Shown in pieces: positions 18,523-27,429 of a DNA stretch of 64,000 nt. The notes beneath the pieces are model-generated. The model saw only the letters and a list, made by a program, of their open reading frames with translations, was not told where the DNA came from and did not search any database. The position numbers and the translations under genes are program-made. The stretch is from IMG/VR virus record IMGVR_UViG_3300005393_000370; one strand, 5' to 3'. Every line of letters begins with the position of its first letter. Positions within the stretch are counted from its first letter, which is position 1. The DNA comes from a virus.

Positions 18523-19508
18523 TGGAAACCTTCGCCAATCAAGCCGTTACCACGCTGTCGGCCGCAATCACCAGCGTGACCGCCACGAGTTGCACGGTCG
18601 TCGATGCCACGGCGTTTCCGGCTTCCGGGAACTTCCGCATCAAGATCGACAGTGAAATCCTCATTGTCACCGGCGTGGCGGGCAACACCTTCACGATCAC
18701 GCGCGGGGCCGAGGGCACGACGGCGGCCACGCACGCCAATGGCGCGAATGTGATCCACCTCTTGACCAAGGGCGGCTTGGAGGCGCGGGTCGCCAACCGC
18801 TTCATCACTGATCTTTACGCCAATAAGCCCGCTGCCGGGGTGAAGGGACGCTTGTTCCTGCCCACGGACGGACTGTTCCTCGAATACGACGACGGGGCGG
18901 CCTGGCACAAATACGGGCCGTATCGCCGGTTCAAAGCGCCGCCCGAGACCGGCTGGTCGTGGGTCAACCAGGGTAATGCCACGGCGACGTACAGTGACGG
19001 TCGGATCGTCCTGGAAGACCCCGATCTCGACAGCACCGATCCCCAGCTTCGCATCTACGTCCGGCCCGCGCCGCAATGGCCGGCAACCTTGACGCTGGCG
19101 TATCTGGCAAACGGGATCGGTGGCGGCAGTTCGCCATATCCTCAGATGGGCTTCTGCACGCGCCAGCACAGTCCCGGCATCAGCTATGACGGCTACCTCG
19201 CTGCATACGGCATCATGCTGGGAGGTACGCAGTGGCAGTCGTATGGAGCTTCGCACATCTCTCCGACGAACAGCGGTTCGTCATTTAGCTGGGACGACTA
19301 CTTCATGCCCCAGCGGCTCATTTGGGGCCGCTTGGAGGTTTACGGCGACCGAAAGCGCTTCTATATGTCGGTGGACGGCGTGAACTTCATCAAGGTCAAG
19401 GACGATTCGATAAGCTCTTACGGGATTAACCAGGTCGGCATCTTCATCGACCCCAAGAACAACGCTCAACCCGTCTCGTTGTCTCTGGTCCACTGGGAAG
19501 AGGGCTAA
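18522..19508 (+). CDS. putative receptor-binding/tail protein, paralog 3
   Basis: 328 aa (TAATG overlap); GRLFLPTDG, WVNQGNAT, ends LVHWEEG. Confidence 0.7.
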   Translation: METFANQAVTTLSAAITSVTATSCTVVDATAFPASGNFRIKIDSEILIVTGVAGNTFTITRGAEGTTAATHANGANVIHLLTKGGLEARVANRFITDLYANKPAAGVKGRLFLPTDGLFLEYDDGAAWHKYGPYRRFKAPPETGWSWVNQGNATATYSDGRIVLEDPDLDSTDPQLRIYVRPAPQWPATLTLAYLANGIGGGSSPYPQMGFCTRQHSPGISYDGYLAAYGIMLGGTQWQSYGASHISPTNSGSSFSWDDYFMPQRLIWGRLEVYGDRKRFYMSVDGVNFIKVKDDSISSYGINQVGIFIDPKNNAQPVSLSLVHWEEG

Positions 19509-19511
19509 GCG

Positions 19512-22073
19512 ATGGCCCAGACCGGCAAGCTAGGCACCGCCGATTCCCAACTGGCGAACGTGCAACTGGCGTTTGCCGCTGCCGAGCCATTGCCACCCTC
19601 GGTCACGACGGAGAGCGGTCGGCTCGGCGGGCAGTTGGGAGACATGGTTCTCGCCCTCGGCGGGGTGATTGGCGCGAGCGTCATTCACCTTGCGGCCGAG
19701 AGCGTGCTTGCCGCTGCGCAGACGGCGGGTGGCGAGGGCGTGTTCGCGCCTCATGCGTCTCCGCTTTGGGCCTTGGGTGGTCAAGACTCTCAACTGGGCG
19801 ACACCGAACTGGCCTTCTCCGGTGCGGACGCCGCGCCGCCGACGATTACCACCCAGAGCGGCCGGCTTGGCGGGCAACTGGGCGGTCTGGTTCCTGGCCT
19901 CGGCGGGTCGATCGGCGCGGGCGTCATTCACCTGTCGGCCGAGAGCGTGCTGGCGATCGCGCAGACGGCGGACTCTGCCGCCACGTTCGCGCCCCACCCC
20001 TCGCCTCTTTGGGCCTTGGGCGGTCAAGACTTCCAACTGGGCGATACCGAACTGGCTTTTGCCGGTGCCGACGAGGCGCGGCCGGAGACGGGCGACCGTA
20101 CTGGGCAGCTTGGCACCTTCAATTCGCTTCTGGGCAACATGCGGCCCGCCCTGGGCGAAGAAGAGGGCGGCGGCGGGGCCAACATCGTCTATGCCGATGC
20201 CGAGAGCGACTTGGCGGTGTCGGCCGAGGCGGCTACGAACGTCGTGCGGACGTGTGCCGCCTCCAGCGCACTGGTCCTATCGGACGCCGCTGGACGCAAC
20301 AATCTCCTGAGCGGGGCCGCCGAATCGACGGTCAGCCTGGACACGGCGGCAGCCTTTACGGTGGCGCGAGCGGCGGCGGCCGAGAGCACGCTGGCCCTGG
20401 CAGATGTGGCCGGGCGCAACAATCTGCTCAGCGGTGCGGCCGAATCTCCGATCAGCCTGGATGTAGCGGCTGGATTCACGGCCGCATGGGCGGTGGCGGG
20501 CGAAAGCACGCTTGTCCTGACGGATGCGGCGGCCAATATCGGCGGTCAGCTTATTGAGGCGGCGGCAGAGTCTACGCTGGTCCTGGACGTGACGGCCGAC
20601 TTCACGGTCGCGCGGGCGGCGGCGGCCGAGAGCGCACTGGCCTTGGCCGATGCAGCCGGCCGCAACAATCTGCTCAGCGTCGGCGCTGAGTCCGCGATCA
20701 GCCTGGATACGGCGGCGGAGTTCGCGGTGGCACGGGCGGCAGCAGCGGAAAGCGCGTTGGCCTTGGCTGATGCGGCGGGCCGTAACAACTTGCTTAGCGC
20801 CAGCGCCGAGTCGGCACTCAGTTTGACTGTCGAAGCGGCCCGCGTCTTGCCGGCTGTTATCGACGTGGCAGCCGAGTCCGCGATCAGCCTGACCGGGGCG
20901 GCCGGGCGCAACAACATCGTGGCGGCGGATGCCACGAGTGTCCTGGACCTGACCAGTGCGGCGACGTGTGTTCATGTTGTCCCCACGCCGGTCAGTGCCG
21001 AATCAGCACTCAGCCTGGACACGGCGGCGGCCAACACGGTGGTGCGAACGGGATGGGCCTGGGACGACCTTTGGGAGTTGTGGCACGAGGCGTCCGTCGT
21101 TGTCGTGCGGAAACTGGCCGCAGAAAGCCCCCTCACGCTGGCCCAGTCGGAAGTGACCGCGCGGCCGTGGTACTTGTCGGTCGAAACCCCCGTTCAGACC
21201 GTCACGGAGGAGTACGATCCGCAAGTTGACGATATGGTCACGCGGATCGAGGGCTTGCAGGACGCCGCCAGCGTGGCCCGTCCGCTGCCAATGGCGGTCC
21301 ACCAGCCGATCCCGCTCGCGCAGACGGCCTCGGTCATCAAGGTCAAGCCCACGGCCATCAACGTGTCGGCCGGAAGCGTCCTGGAACTGCTGGGCGAAGT
21401 CCGGCCGAACCAGACCGGCGAGGTGGGACACTGGCTGGCGTTCACGCAGACGGCCACGGTCGATAAGTGCAAGCCGGCCAGGTCCGCCTTGGAGTTGGCG
21501 GCCGAGGCAGCGGCCGTTTGGACCGGCCCGCGCGACGCGGATTCCTCGCTCAACCTGCGCCAGTCGGCGACGTACTATCTGGTCTCGGCCGGCGTCCTTC
21601 AGCGGTATCATCCGTTTGTTGGAACGGGGGAACTGGGGGCGTTGGCAGCCCCGTCATCGACCCTCGAAGGTCCGCGCGCCGGCGTCACGGCCCCTTTCCA
21701 GTTGGTCTACCCGGCGAGCGGCCCCATCACCGATTCGGTGACACTGCGAGCACCGAACTTCGGCAACAAGGATCGACTTGGTTTCAACCGCGTGCTGCGC
21801 GAGACGCGGGGCGGCACGCTGATCGTCTTTGCCGACCCGATGTGGCCCAAGATTCAGACCCTCGTATTGAACTTCTCCGGCTTGCGGAGCAACCAGGCCC
21901 AGCAACTACTGACGTTCCTGGATGCCCACCTTGGCGAGGAAGTGGGCGTCTACGACTGGGAGCATCGCTATTGGACCGGCGTGATTACCACGCCGACCGA
22001 TCCGGTCGTCCAGGACGGCAAAGACCGCTTCTCGGCCAGCTTCGAGTTCGAGGGCGAGGTGGTGCCGGCATAA
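19512..22073 (+). CDS. repeat-rich tail protein with C-terminal distal-tail-like domain
   Basis: 853 aa; 81-aa N-terminal repeats, about 40-aa AAES/GRNNLLS repeats, C-terminal 110-aa domain resembling the next ORF. Confidence 0.7.
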   Translation: MAQTGKLGTADSQLANVQLAFAAAEPLPPSVTTESGRLGGQLGDMVLALGGVIGASVIHLAAESVLAAAQTAGGEGVFAPHASPLWALGGQDSQLGDTELAFSGADAAPPTITTQSGRLGGQLGGLVPGLGGSIGAGVIHLSAESVLAIAQTADSAATFAPHPSPLWALGGQDFQLGDTELAFAGADEARPETGDRTGQLGTFNSLLGNMRPALGEEEGGGGANIVYADAESDLAVSAEAATNVVRTCAASSALVLSDAAGRNNLLSGAAESTVSLDTAAAFTVARAAAAESTLALADVAGRNNLLSGAAESPISLDVAAGFTAAWAVAGESTLVLTDAAANIGGQLIEAAAESTLVLDVTADFTVARAAAAESALALADAAGRNNLLSVGAESAISLDTAAEFAVARAAAAESALALADAAGRNNLLSASAESALSLTVEAARVLPAVIDVAAESAISLTGAAGRNNIVAADATSVLDLTSAATCVHVVPTPVSAESALSLDTAAANTVVRTGWAWDDLWELWHEASVVVVRKLAAESPLTLAQSEVTARPWYLSVETPVQTVTEEYDPQVDDMVTRIEGLQDAASVARPLPMAVHQPIPLAQTASVIKVKPTAINVSAGSVLELLGEVRPNQTGEVGHWLAFTQTATVDKCKPARSALELAAEAAAVWTGPRDADSSLNLRQSATYYLVSAGVLQRYHPFVGTGELGALAAPSSTLEGPRAGVTAPFQLVYPASGPITDSVTLRAPNFGNKDRLGFNRVLRETRGGTLIVFADPMWPKIQTLVLNFSGLRSNQAQQLLTFLDAHLGEEVGVYDWEHRYWTGVITTPTDPVVQDGKDRFSASFEFEGEVVPA
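19530..21030 (+). repeat. intragenic repeats: 243-nt period, then 120-126-nt period
   Basis: CTTTGGGCCTTGGG at 19764 and 20007; GRNN codons at 20292, 20412, 20658, 20778 and 20904. Confidence 0.85.
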
Positions 22074-22093
22074 TCTCTGGCGAGGAGAGGCCC

Positions 22094-22492
22094 ATGTTCA
22101 CACTGCAAGCCCCACATCCGCTCTTGCGGACCACGACGCTTCTGCCCAACCCGCTGTTCAGCGACCAAGAGGGCTTGACGGCGACCGTGACTCGTAAGCT
22201 GGCGATGGACGGCACGCGCTACACCTACGTCAAGCGCAAGGGCGACCGCCGGAGGCTGAAGTGGACCTTCCGGCTGATGCGTAACAAGGGCCTCGAATTG
22301 CGGGCCTTTCTCTTCGCCTACTTTGCCTCGCCGGTGAGGATCATCGACCACAACGGGCGGGTGTGGATCGGCAACTTCACCAACAACCCGTTCGAGTTTG
22401 ACACTGCCCAGAAGGCCGGGCCGGCGATCAGCCCGATGCCGCGCGGCGAGGCCCAGATGATCGAACTAGAATTCGAGGGAGTCCAGCAGTGA
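22094..22492 (+). CDS. distal-tail-like small tail protein
   Basis: 132 aa from ATG 22094 after GAGGAG; similar in pattern to the C-terminal domain of the upstream gene; precedes the hub gene. Confidence 0.6.
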   Translation: MFTLQAPHPLLRTTTLLPNPLFSDQEGLTATVTRKLAMDGTRYTYVKRKGDRRRLKWTFRLMRNKGLELRAFLFAYFASPVRIIDHNGRVWIGNFTNNPFEFDTAQKAGPAISPMPRGEAQMIELEFEGVQQ

Positions 22493-25392
22493 GAAGCATC
22501 TCCGCAGCCGGACTGGCGAAACTGGCGACCCGCTACGGCACCGAACCCATTACCATTATCGAGGTGGATTGGGTGGAGGGGAGCACCGCGCGCTATGCCG
22601 ACCGCACCGTGGGCTCGATCCCCGGTCGCATCGTGGAGGTCGGCGACCTGGATAACGTCGTGGGCGTGAGCAACAACAGCGGCTCCCAGCAGCTTGCCGT
22701 CACGCTGGACGACACGGATGGCTCGATCAAGGCCATCTTCGACACGCACGACGTTCACAAGCGAACCTGCCGGGTCTACCAGTATTTTACCGGCCTCGAT
22801 CTGTCCGATAAGTTCCTCTTGTTCAGCGGCAAGGTCAGTTCGCCCATCACTTGGAGCGAGCGAGACCGGACGGTGAAGTTCACGATCCTCTCGCAACTGG
22901 AAGACAAGGAGATCGGCTTTTCGGCAGAGGAGGGGCAGTTCCCTTACCTGCCGGCGGATATGGTGGGCAAGGCGTGGCCGATGATCTTCGGCAAGGTGGT
23001 CAACTGCCCGACGCTTCAAATCAACAAGGCGGTCACGGGCACGACGCTCACCAGCGTTGGCATCCTCAGCGGCATGGACCTGTGGGCCTCCATGCCGGAC
23101 GGTGCCGACGATTCGCAATTCACCATGAGCCTGATGCTGATGGTGATTGAGCGGAATCATTATGCCGAAGTGAAGGAGTGCTGGGCACCGGCCTTCCATC
23201 CGCCGGTGGATGCCCAGAAGGCGGCCGAACTTCAGCAACGCATCGACTCGCTCAACGAGCAGATCAATGACGCCGTGGCCCGGCGCAGCAAGCAGCGGAC
23301 GTGCGCTCAGGCCCGCCGGCAGCAGCAGATCGACGAGGCCAACGTCAAGGGGCTGGGCGAGAATCCCATCCACATCCTGGGCGGAGAGGATTTTCCCCAG
23401 GGGCGGACCTTGACCATCAACATCAACGGCGGTCTGTTCACGGGGCACTTCGAGGGCGACTTGTTTCACGTCCAGAGCCGCCAGCACCCGGCGGACGCCG
23501 CTACGGCTGCGGACGCCTATGCCGAGAAGACCGAGGAGCCGGCTGTCTGCCTGGAGCCAACGCAGACCCGCTACTATCGGTACGAGGACGAAATTCCTCC
23601 GGGCTGCGGCGCTCGGCCGTCCTGGGTGAACAAGATCATTCACTACGGGTGGGTGACGACGAACAGCCAGGCCACTACGCACCAGATGGACACCGAGCCG
23701 GTGGCCCAGCACTTCTGGGTCGATCCGGGCGCGTCGGTGAAGATCGCCAGCGACGAGCCGATTACCTACATCGTCTCCATCGTGCCCGGTACGGTCTTGG
23801 CGGTGAAAGCCTACAAGCAACTCACCGGCGAGCGGCGGCTGGTGGACGTGCCGACCGACCTGTACACGGTCACGACGCAGACCTATGGGTCCGTGACGGC
23901 CGTACAGATCGTTGTCAACAAGCCGCTCTCTTCCATCACGGACCAGGGCTGGAGCGATGATCTCTACGTGACTTTCCAGTCAAGCGTCGGCCCGGACACC
24001 GTGAACATCCTCAAGTACCTGATCGCCAACTACACCGATCTGACCTGGGATGCCACGTCGTTCAATCACGTCCAGGAGAAGCTCCAGCCGTTTCCGGCCA
24101 ACTTCCCGATCCTGGACCGGAAGAACACCATCGACGTATTGCAGGAGATCGCCTTCCAGGCCCGTTGTGCCATTTGGCTCAGCAACGGGGTCTTCTACTT
24201 GAAGTACCTGCCCGAGGAGCCGACGCCGGCCGGCACGATTACCGTCAGCGACATCGACGCCGAGCGAGGCATTGAGGTGGAGTTGACCGGGACGGAAGAC
24301 ATCGTGACCAAGATGAAGGTCAAGTGGCGGCTGAGTTGGGCCGACATTTCGGACCAGCCAAAGGACAAGGCCGAGAAGACGATCCTGCTGCGGCACAACG
24401 TCGCCAAGTATGGCACCCAGGAGCAGGAATACGACTGGTACATCTACAATCAGCCCGACATCGCCTACAAGTGCGCGACCTTCTGGCTGATCCGCAAGTC
24501 GAACACCTGGAAGCGGATCAAGTTCAAGACCTTCTTGAACAAGCTGAACCTGGAGACGTTCGACGCCGTGATGCTGGATTTCGACCAGCCTTACGTGGCC
24601 AACGGGCCGGTGCTGGCAGTCGTCGAAAAGGCCAACTACAATTCGGCCGAAAACTGCGTAGACTTCGAGTGCCTGGTGCCCGTGGCAGCAGGCACGATGG
24701 AGCAATACCACTTCTTCTGGCCGGCGGCGCTGCCACAGACGGACATCTGGCCACCTGCCGATGAGATCGCGGCCGGCTGCGCCGGTGGCGACGGGATCGG
24801 CACCGGGGCCACGGGCAACTTGCCGGTGGGCGACACCACGACGATCCCGGACGGCAGCGTGGTCTTCGTCGGCGGCCCGAACGTCGTCTTCCGCGCGCAC
24901 AGCGATTGGGGCGACAGCACACCGACCGACGTGGGCTTCACAGCCCAACCCGTCGTGGACACGGCGACCTACATCAACCTCTCTCCCGGCTCGCGCCCGC
25001 GACTGAACCTGCGGACGTATCCCCGGCGGAGCCTGCCGGCCATCACGCCGGCCGCTTCGACGGCGAGCGCGATCACGGTCGATATTCACCAAACCAAGAT
25101 TCTCGACACGTCAGGCAGCGAAACCAAGGTCGCCTATCTCTCTTCAATCCTTCATGGCATCAACGAGGATGGCAGCTTGACCATTGATCGGGGCGCGCTG
25201 GTGGCTGATGGAGAACACGAGGAGGGGCAGCCGCTCTCCGACGTACTCAAGAACGGCGAGGATTACCTAGCGATCCGCACGGACGTTTCTATTTGGGATC
25301 AGGAGTACGGGGAGCACGAGTTTGACTTCGCCTATGACTTTATGACCGAGAAGTTCGGCGCAGGCACGGCGTTCCTGCAAAGCGAGGAGTGA
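22489..25392 (+). CDS. tail tip / baseplate hub protein
   Basis: 967 aa, GTG start overlapping the upstream stop; WPMIFGKV, VLQEIAFQARC and YGTQEQEYD hub-like motifs. Confidence 0.7.
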   Translation: MRSISAAGLAKLATRYGTEPITIIEVDWVEGSTARYADRTVGSIPGRIVEVGDLDNVVGVSNNSGSQQLAVTLDDTDGSIKAIFDTHDVHKRTCRVYQYFTGLDLSDKFLLFSGKVSSPITWSERDRTVKFTILSQLEDKEIGFSAEEGQFPYLPADMVGKAWPMIFGKVVNCPTLQINKAVTGTTLTSVGILSGMDLWASMPDGADDSQFTMSLMLMVIERNHYAEVKECWAPAFHPPVDAQKAAELQQRIDSLNEQINDAVARRSKQRTCAQARRQQQIDEANVKGLGENPIHILGGEDFPQGRTLTININGGLFTGHFEGDLFHVQSRQHPADAATAADAYAEKTEEPAVCLEPTQTRYYRYEDEIPPGCGARPSWVNKIIHYGWVTTNSQATTHQMDTEPVAQHFWVDPGASVKIASDEPITYIVSIVPGTVLAVKAYKQLTGERRLVDVPTDLYTVTTQTYGSVTAVQIVVNKPLSSITDQGWSDDLYVTFQSSVGPDTVNILKYLIANYTDLTWDATSFNHVQEKLQPFPANFPILDRKNTIDVLQEIAFQARCAIWLSNGVFYLKYLPEEPTPAGTITVSDIDAERGIEVELTGTEDIVTKMKVKWRLSWADISDQPKDKAEKTILLRHNVAKYGTQEQEYDWYIYNQPDIAYKCATFWLIRKSNTWKRIKFKTFLNKLNLETFDAVMLDFDQPYVANGPVLAVVEKANYNSAENCVDFECLVPVAAGTMEQYHFFWPAALPQTDIWPPADEIAAGCAGGDGIGTGATGNLPVGDTTTIPDGSVVFVGGPNVVFRAHSDWGDSTPTDVGFTAQPVVDTATYINLSPGSRPRLNLRTYPRRSLPAITPAASTASAITVDIHQTKILDTSGSETKVAYLSSILHGINEDGSLTIDRGALVADGEHEEGQPLSDVLKNGEDYLAIRTDVSIWDQEYGEHEFDFAYDFMTEKFGAGTAFLQSEE

Positions 25393-25395
25393 GTC

Positions 25396-26214
25396 ATGGC
25401 TGCCCTGTATCCCCTGACGCTCGACGCCTGGAACAGCCTGCTTGGGCGGATCAACAACCTTGCCTCATGGCCGCCCGAAGGCTGCGATCCCATTGCGCAA
25501 CTGCCGCTTGTGACCGCCCCGCACAAGTGGACGGTGCAGGACATCACGGCGGCCCAGAACAAGCTGATCGCGATTTGTTCCGAGAATACTTTCACGACAC
25601 CTTCGCCGAGCGATAAGTGGCGGAAGCTCTACATCGACGAGCTTGACGAGGCCATCGACAACGGCTGGTGCAACTGCGAGCCGCCGATACCGTGCTGCAT
25701 ACCTTATGGAAACGGGACTGTCTGGATCGAAGGCCCCGGCGGCGGCTATTACGTGACCATACCCTACTGGCAAGTCATCGAACAATACCTTTACGGGAAC
25801 ATAAGCTACGGGGCGGCTGAGGCGGCTCTGCCCGAGGAAGTCATGGCGCATCTGGTGCAGTGCTATCCAGGCAGCAGTGCCTTCCTTTCCCACAGCTACC
25901 ATCACCTTCATGGGGTGGGCCTAGTCTTTCAGGACGTTTGGCTCGAAGGCGGCAACCGGGGAGGAGAGTATTGGGAGGACGGAGGGACTGACCCAGAGGA
26001 GGTTACTTACTTGGGGCGCGTGCCGGCCATTGCTTCAAGCTATCACAGCAGCTACGTGCAGGGAGCGACTAATTACTACGGCCCGATTGGTATGGGCTAC
26101 CATTACGATTACATCGAACAGCGCTGGTATGAAACATTCTTGATCGGCGGCTTCGACAGGGATTGGTACTGGTATTACTTCTCTTACTGGAATCTGTTCA
26201 TGTGCTCGGCGTGA
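25396..26214 (+). CDS. putative tail-distal protein with Cys-rich N-region and aromatic-rich C-domain
   Basis: 272 aa, last gene of the + strand virion block; Tyr/Trp/Gly-rich C-half that looks lower in GC. Confidence 0.6.
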   Translation: MAALYPLTLDAWNSLLGRINNLASWPPEGCDPIAQLPLVTAPHKWTVQDITAAQNKLIAICSENTFTTPSPSDKWRKLYIDELDEAIDNGWCNCEPPIPCCIPYGNGTVWIEGPGGGYYVTIPYWQVIEQYLYGNISYGAAEAALPEEVMAHLVQCYPGSSAFLSHSYHHLHGVGLVFQDVWLEGGNRGGEYWEDGGTDPEEVTYLGRVPAIASSYHSSYVQGATNYYGPIGMGYHYDYIEQRWYETFLIGGFDRDWYWYYFSYWNLFMCSA

Positions 26215-26264
26215 ACCTTCCTCACGGCAAGTAGACAAGGGCAAGTGCGGCAAGTGCGGTTGGG

Positions 26265-26306
26265 CAACGTGCCCAGGTGGATACTCACCTGGGCATGTTG
26301 CATTTC
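26265..26306. terminator. hairpin at the convergence of the two transcription blocks
   Basis: 15-bp stem CAACGTGCCCAGGTG/CACCTGGGCATGTTG (one G-U pair), 6-nt loop. Confidence 0.6.
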
Positions 26307-26321
26307 TGGGAGAAGCATCCT

Positions 26322-26507
26322 ATGGAAAGCGCGTTTGCTTGGCTGAACCAGTTGTTCCAGGCCATCTATCCGTTCTTCGCGCGCATCCTGATGTGCGTGC
26401 TACGCACGGTGGCGTGCGGTGGGTGGAGCGTCTTTTCCACCGTAAACGGCGCGGCCTCCAAATGGCGATGTTTCACATCCTTCCCCCAGCATCGCCACGA
26501 CGGCTAA
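26322..26507 (+). pseudogene. possible frameshifted gene remnant (SPFH/band-7-like N-terminus)
   Basis: GGGAGA RBS; MESAFAWLNQLFQAIYPFFARIL continues as VRATHGGVRWV only after a 1-nt shift near 26391; family assignment from memory only. Confidence 0.3.
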
Positions 26508-26539
26508 CCCATCGGCTACATACGAGAACCCATGCGATT

Positions 26540-26941
26540 TCAGGACAGGCGGGCAGCGCACTTGTGGCACTGCTCCAAAGTGACTTCGTGGCTGAAGTGC
26601 TCGGTCTTGGGGCTGCCACAGATGCCGGTGATATGCAGCGCGCCGTCCAGGACTTGGACGCGGAGCATCCGCAGCGTGCAAGGCGGCCAGGTGGGATAGA
26701 GGCGCGAGCCCTCTTGCCGGAAGCCGGCGAGTGCCGGAGGAAGTCCGGGGAATTCCAGAGAGCCGTCCGGGTGGACCGTGGGCCATCCGTGGGTCATTTC
26801 CACGTCGGGAATCGCGTGTGCCAGGAGGCGATAGAAGCTCGCGGGCGGACCGCCGGAATAGACGAGGTAGTTACAGCTTCCCGAGGGCGTCGGGCGGCGG
26901 GGTTGGTCGTCAGGGCAATCACACGGCATGGGTGTCACCAC
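26540..26941 (-). CDS. Cys-rich hypothetical protein
   Basis: 133 aa; CDC and C..P....F...V...QCHKC; overlaps the upstream minus-strand gene. Confidence 0.6.
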   Translation of the reverse strand: MVTPMPCDCPDDQPRRPTPSGSCNYLVYSGGPPASFYRLLAHAIPDVEMTHGWPTVHPDGSLEFPGLPPALAGFRQEGSRLYPTWPPCTLRMLRVQVLDGALHITGICGSPKTEHFSHEVTLEQCHKCAARLS

Positions 26942-27420
26942 AATTCACGGGGGCAGTGCTCCGTAGCCATCTTGATCTTGTTGAGAACGGCCACGCCGTT
27001 TTCGGCTACCCGACAACCGCAGCCTCGGCAGATTTGCCGTTCAGGGTCAAACCACTTGCACGACTTACAATGCTGATAGAATATCCGCTCAACTTCTTTG
27101 TCGGATCGCTCGGGCTGACCAGCGGCCGTCCATCGGGCCAGGGCCTCGGTATAGGAGATTGCCCGACGCACCAGCCCCGGAGTTTTGGGCGCATCTGAGG
27201 AGTCAGACGGCGGCGGCGGGGATGGCGGCGGTGGCGGGGACGATTCAGGGGTTGCTATCTCGGTCGGCTTCAGTTCAAGCCCGAGGCAATGGCGACAGTC
27301 GATGGGTCGAACTGGCCGCAGAAAGTAACCCCTAGAGGGATCGTTGCACTTAGGGTGCATGTCTGCGCCAGTGAGGCGCTTCGGGCATAGCGCATATTCG
27401 CGCTGTTCGACCGTTGACAT
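26935..27420 (-). CDS. Cys-rich protein with C-terminal CxxC...CxxCGC...CP..W domain (DUF6171-like)
   Basis: 161 aa; GGGGA RBS; poly-Pro linker; CKSC...CRGCGC...KIKMATEHCPRELW. Confidence 0.65.
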   Translation of the reverse strand: MSTVEQREYALCPKRLTGADMHPKCNDPSRGYFLRPVRPIDCRHCLGLELKPTEIATPESSPPPPPSPPPPSDSSDAPKTPGLVRRAISYTEALARWTAAGQPERSDKEVERIFYQHCKSCKWFDPERQICRGCGCRVAENGVAVLNKIKMATEHCPRELW

Positions 27421-27429
27421 GGGGTCCCC

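Noticed and set aside
16562-26214. Diversity-generating retroelement acting on the tail genes
   Set aside because: No reverse transcriptase motif and no template/variable repeat pair differing at adenines was seen.
26277-27198. Plus-strand ORFs 26339-27076 and 26731-27198 as real genes
   Set aside because: They overlap two minus-strand Cys-rich genes with better motifs and RBS; only the short VRATHGG segment looks protein-like and is treated as a remnant.
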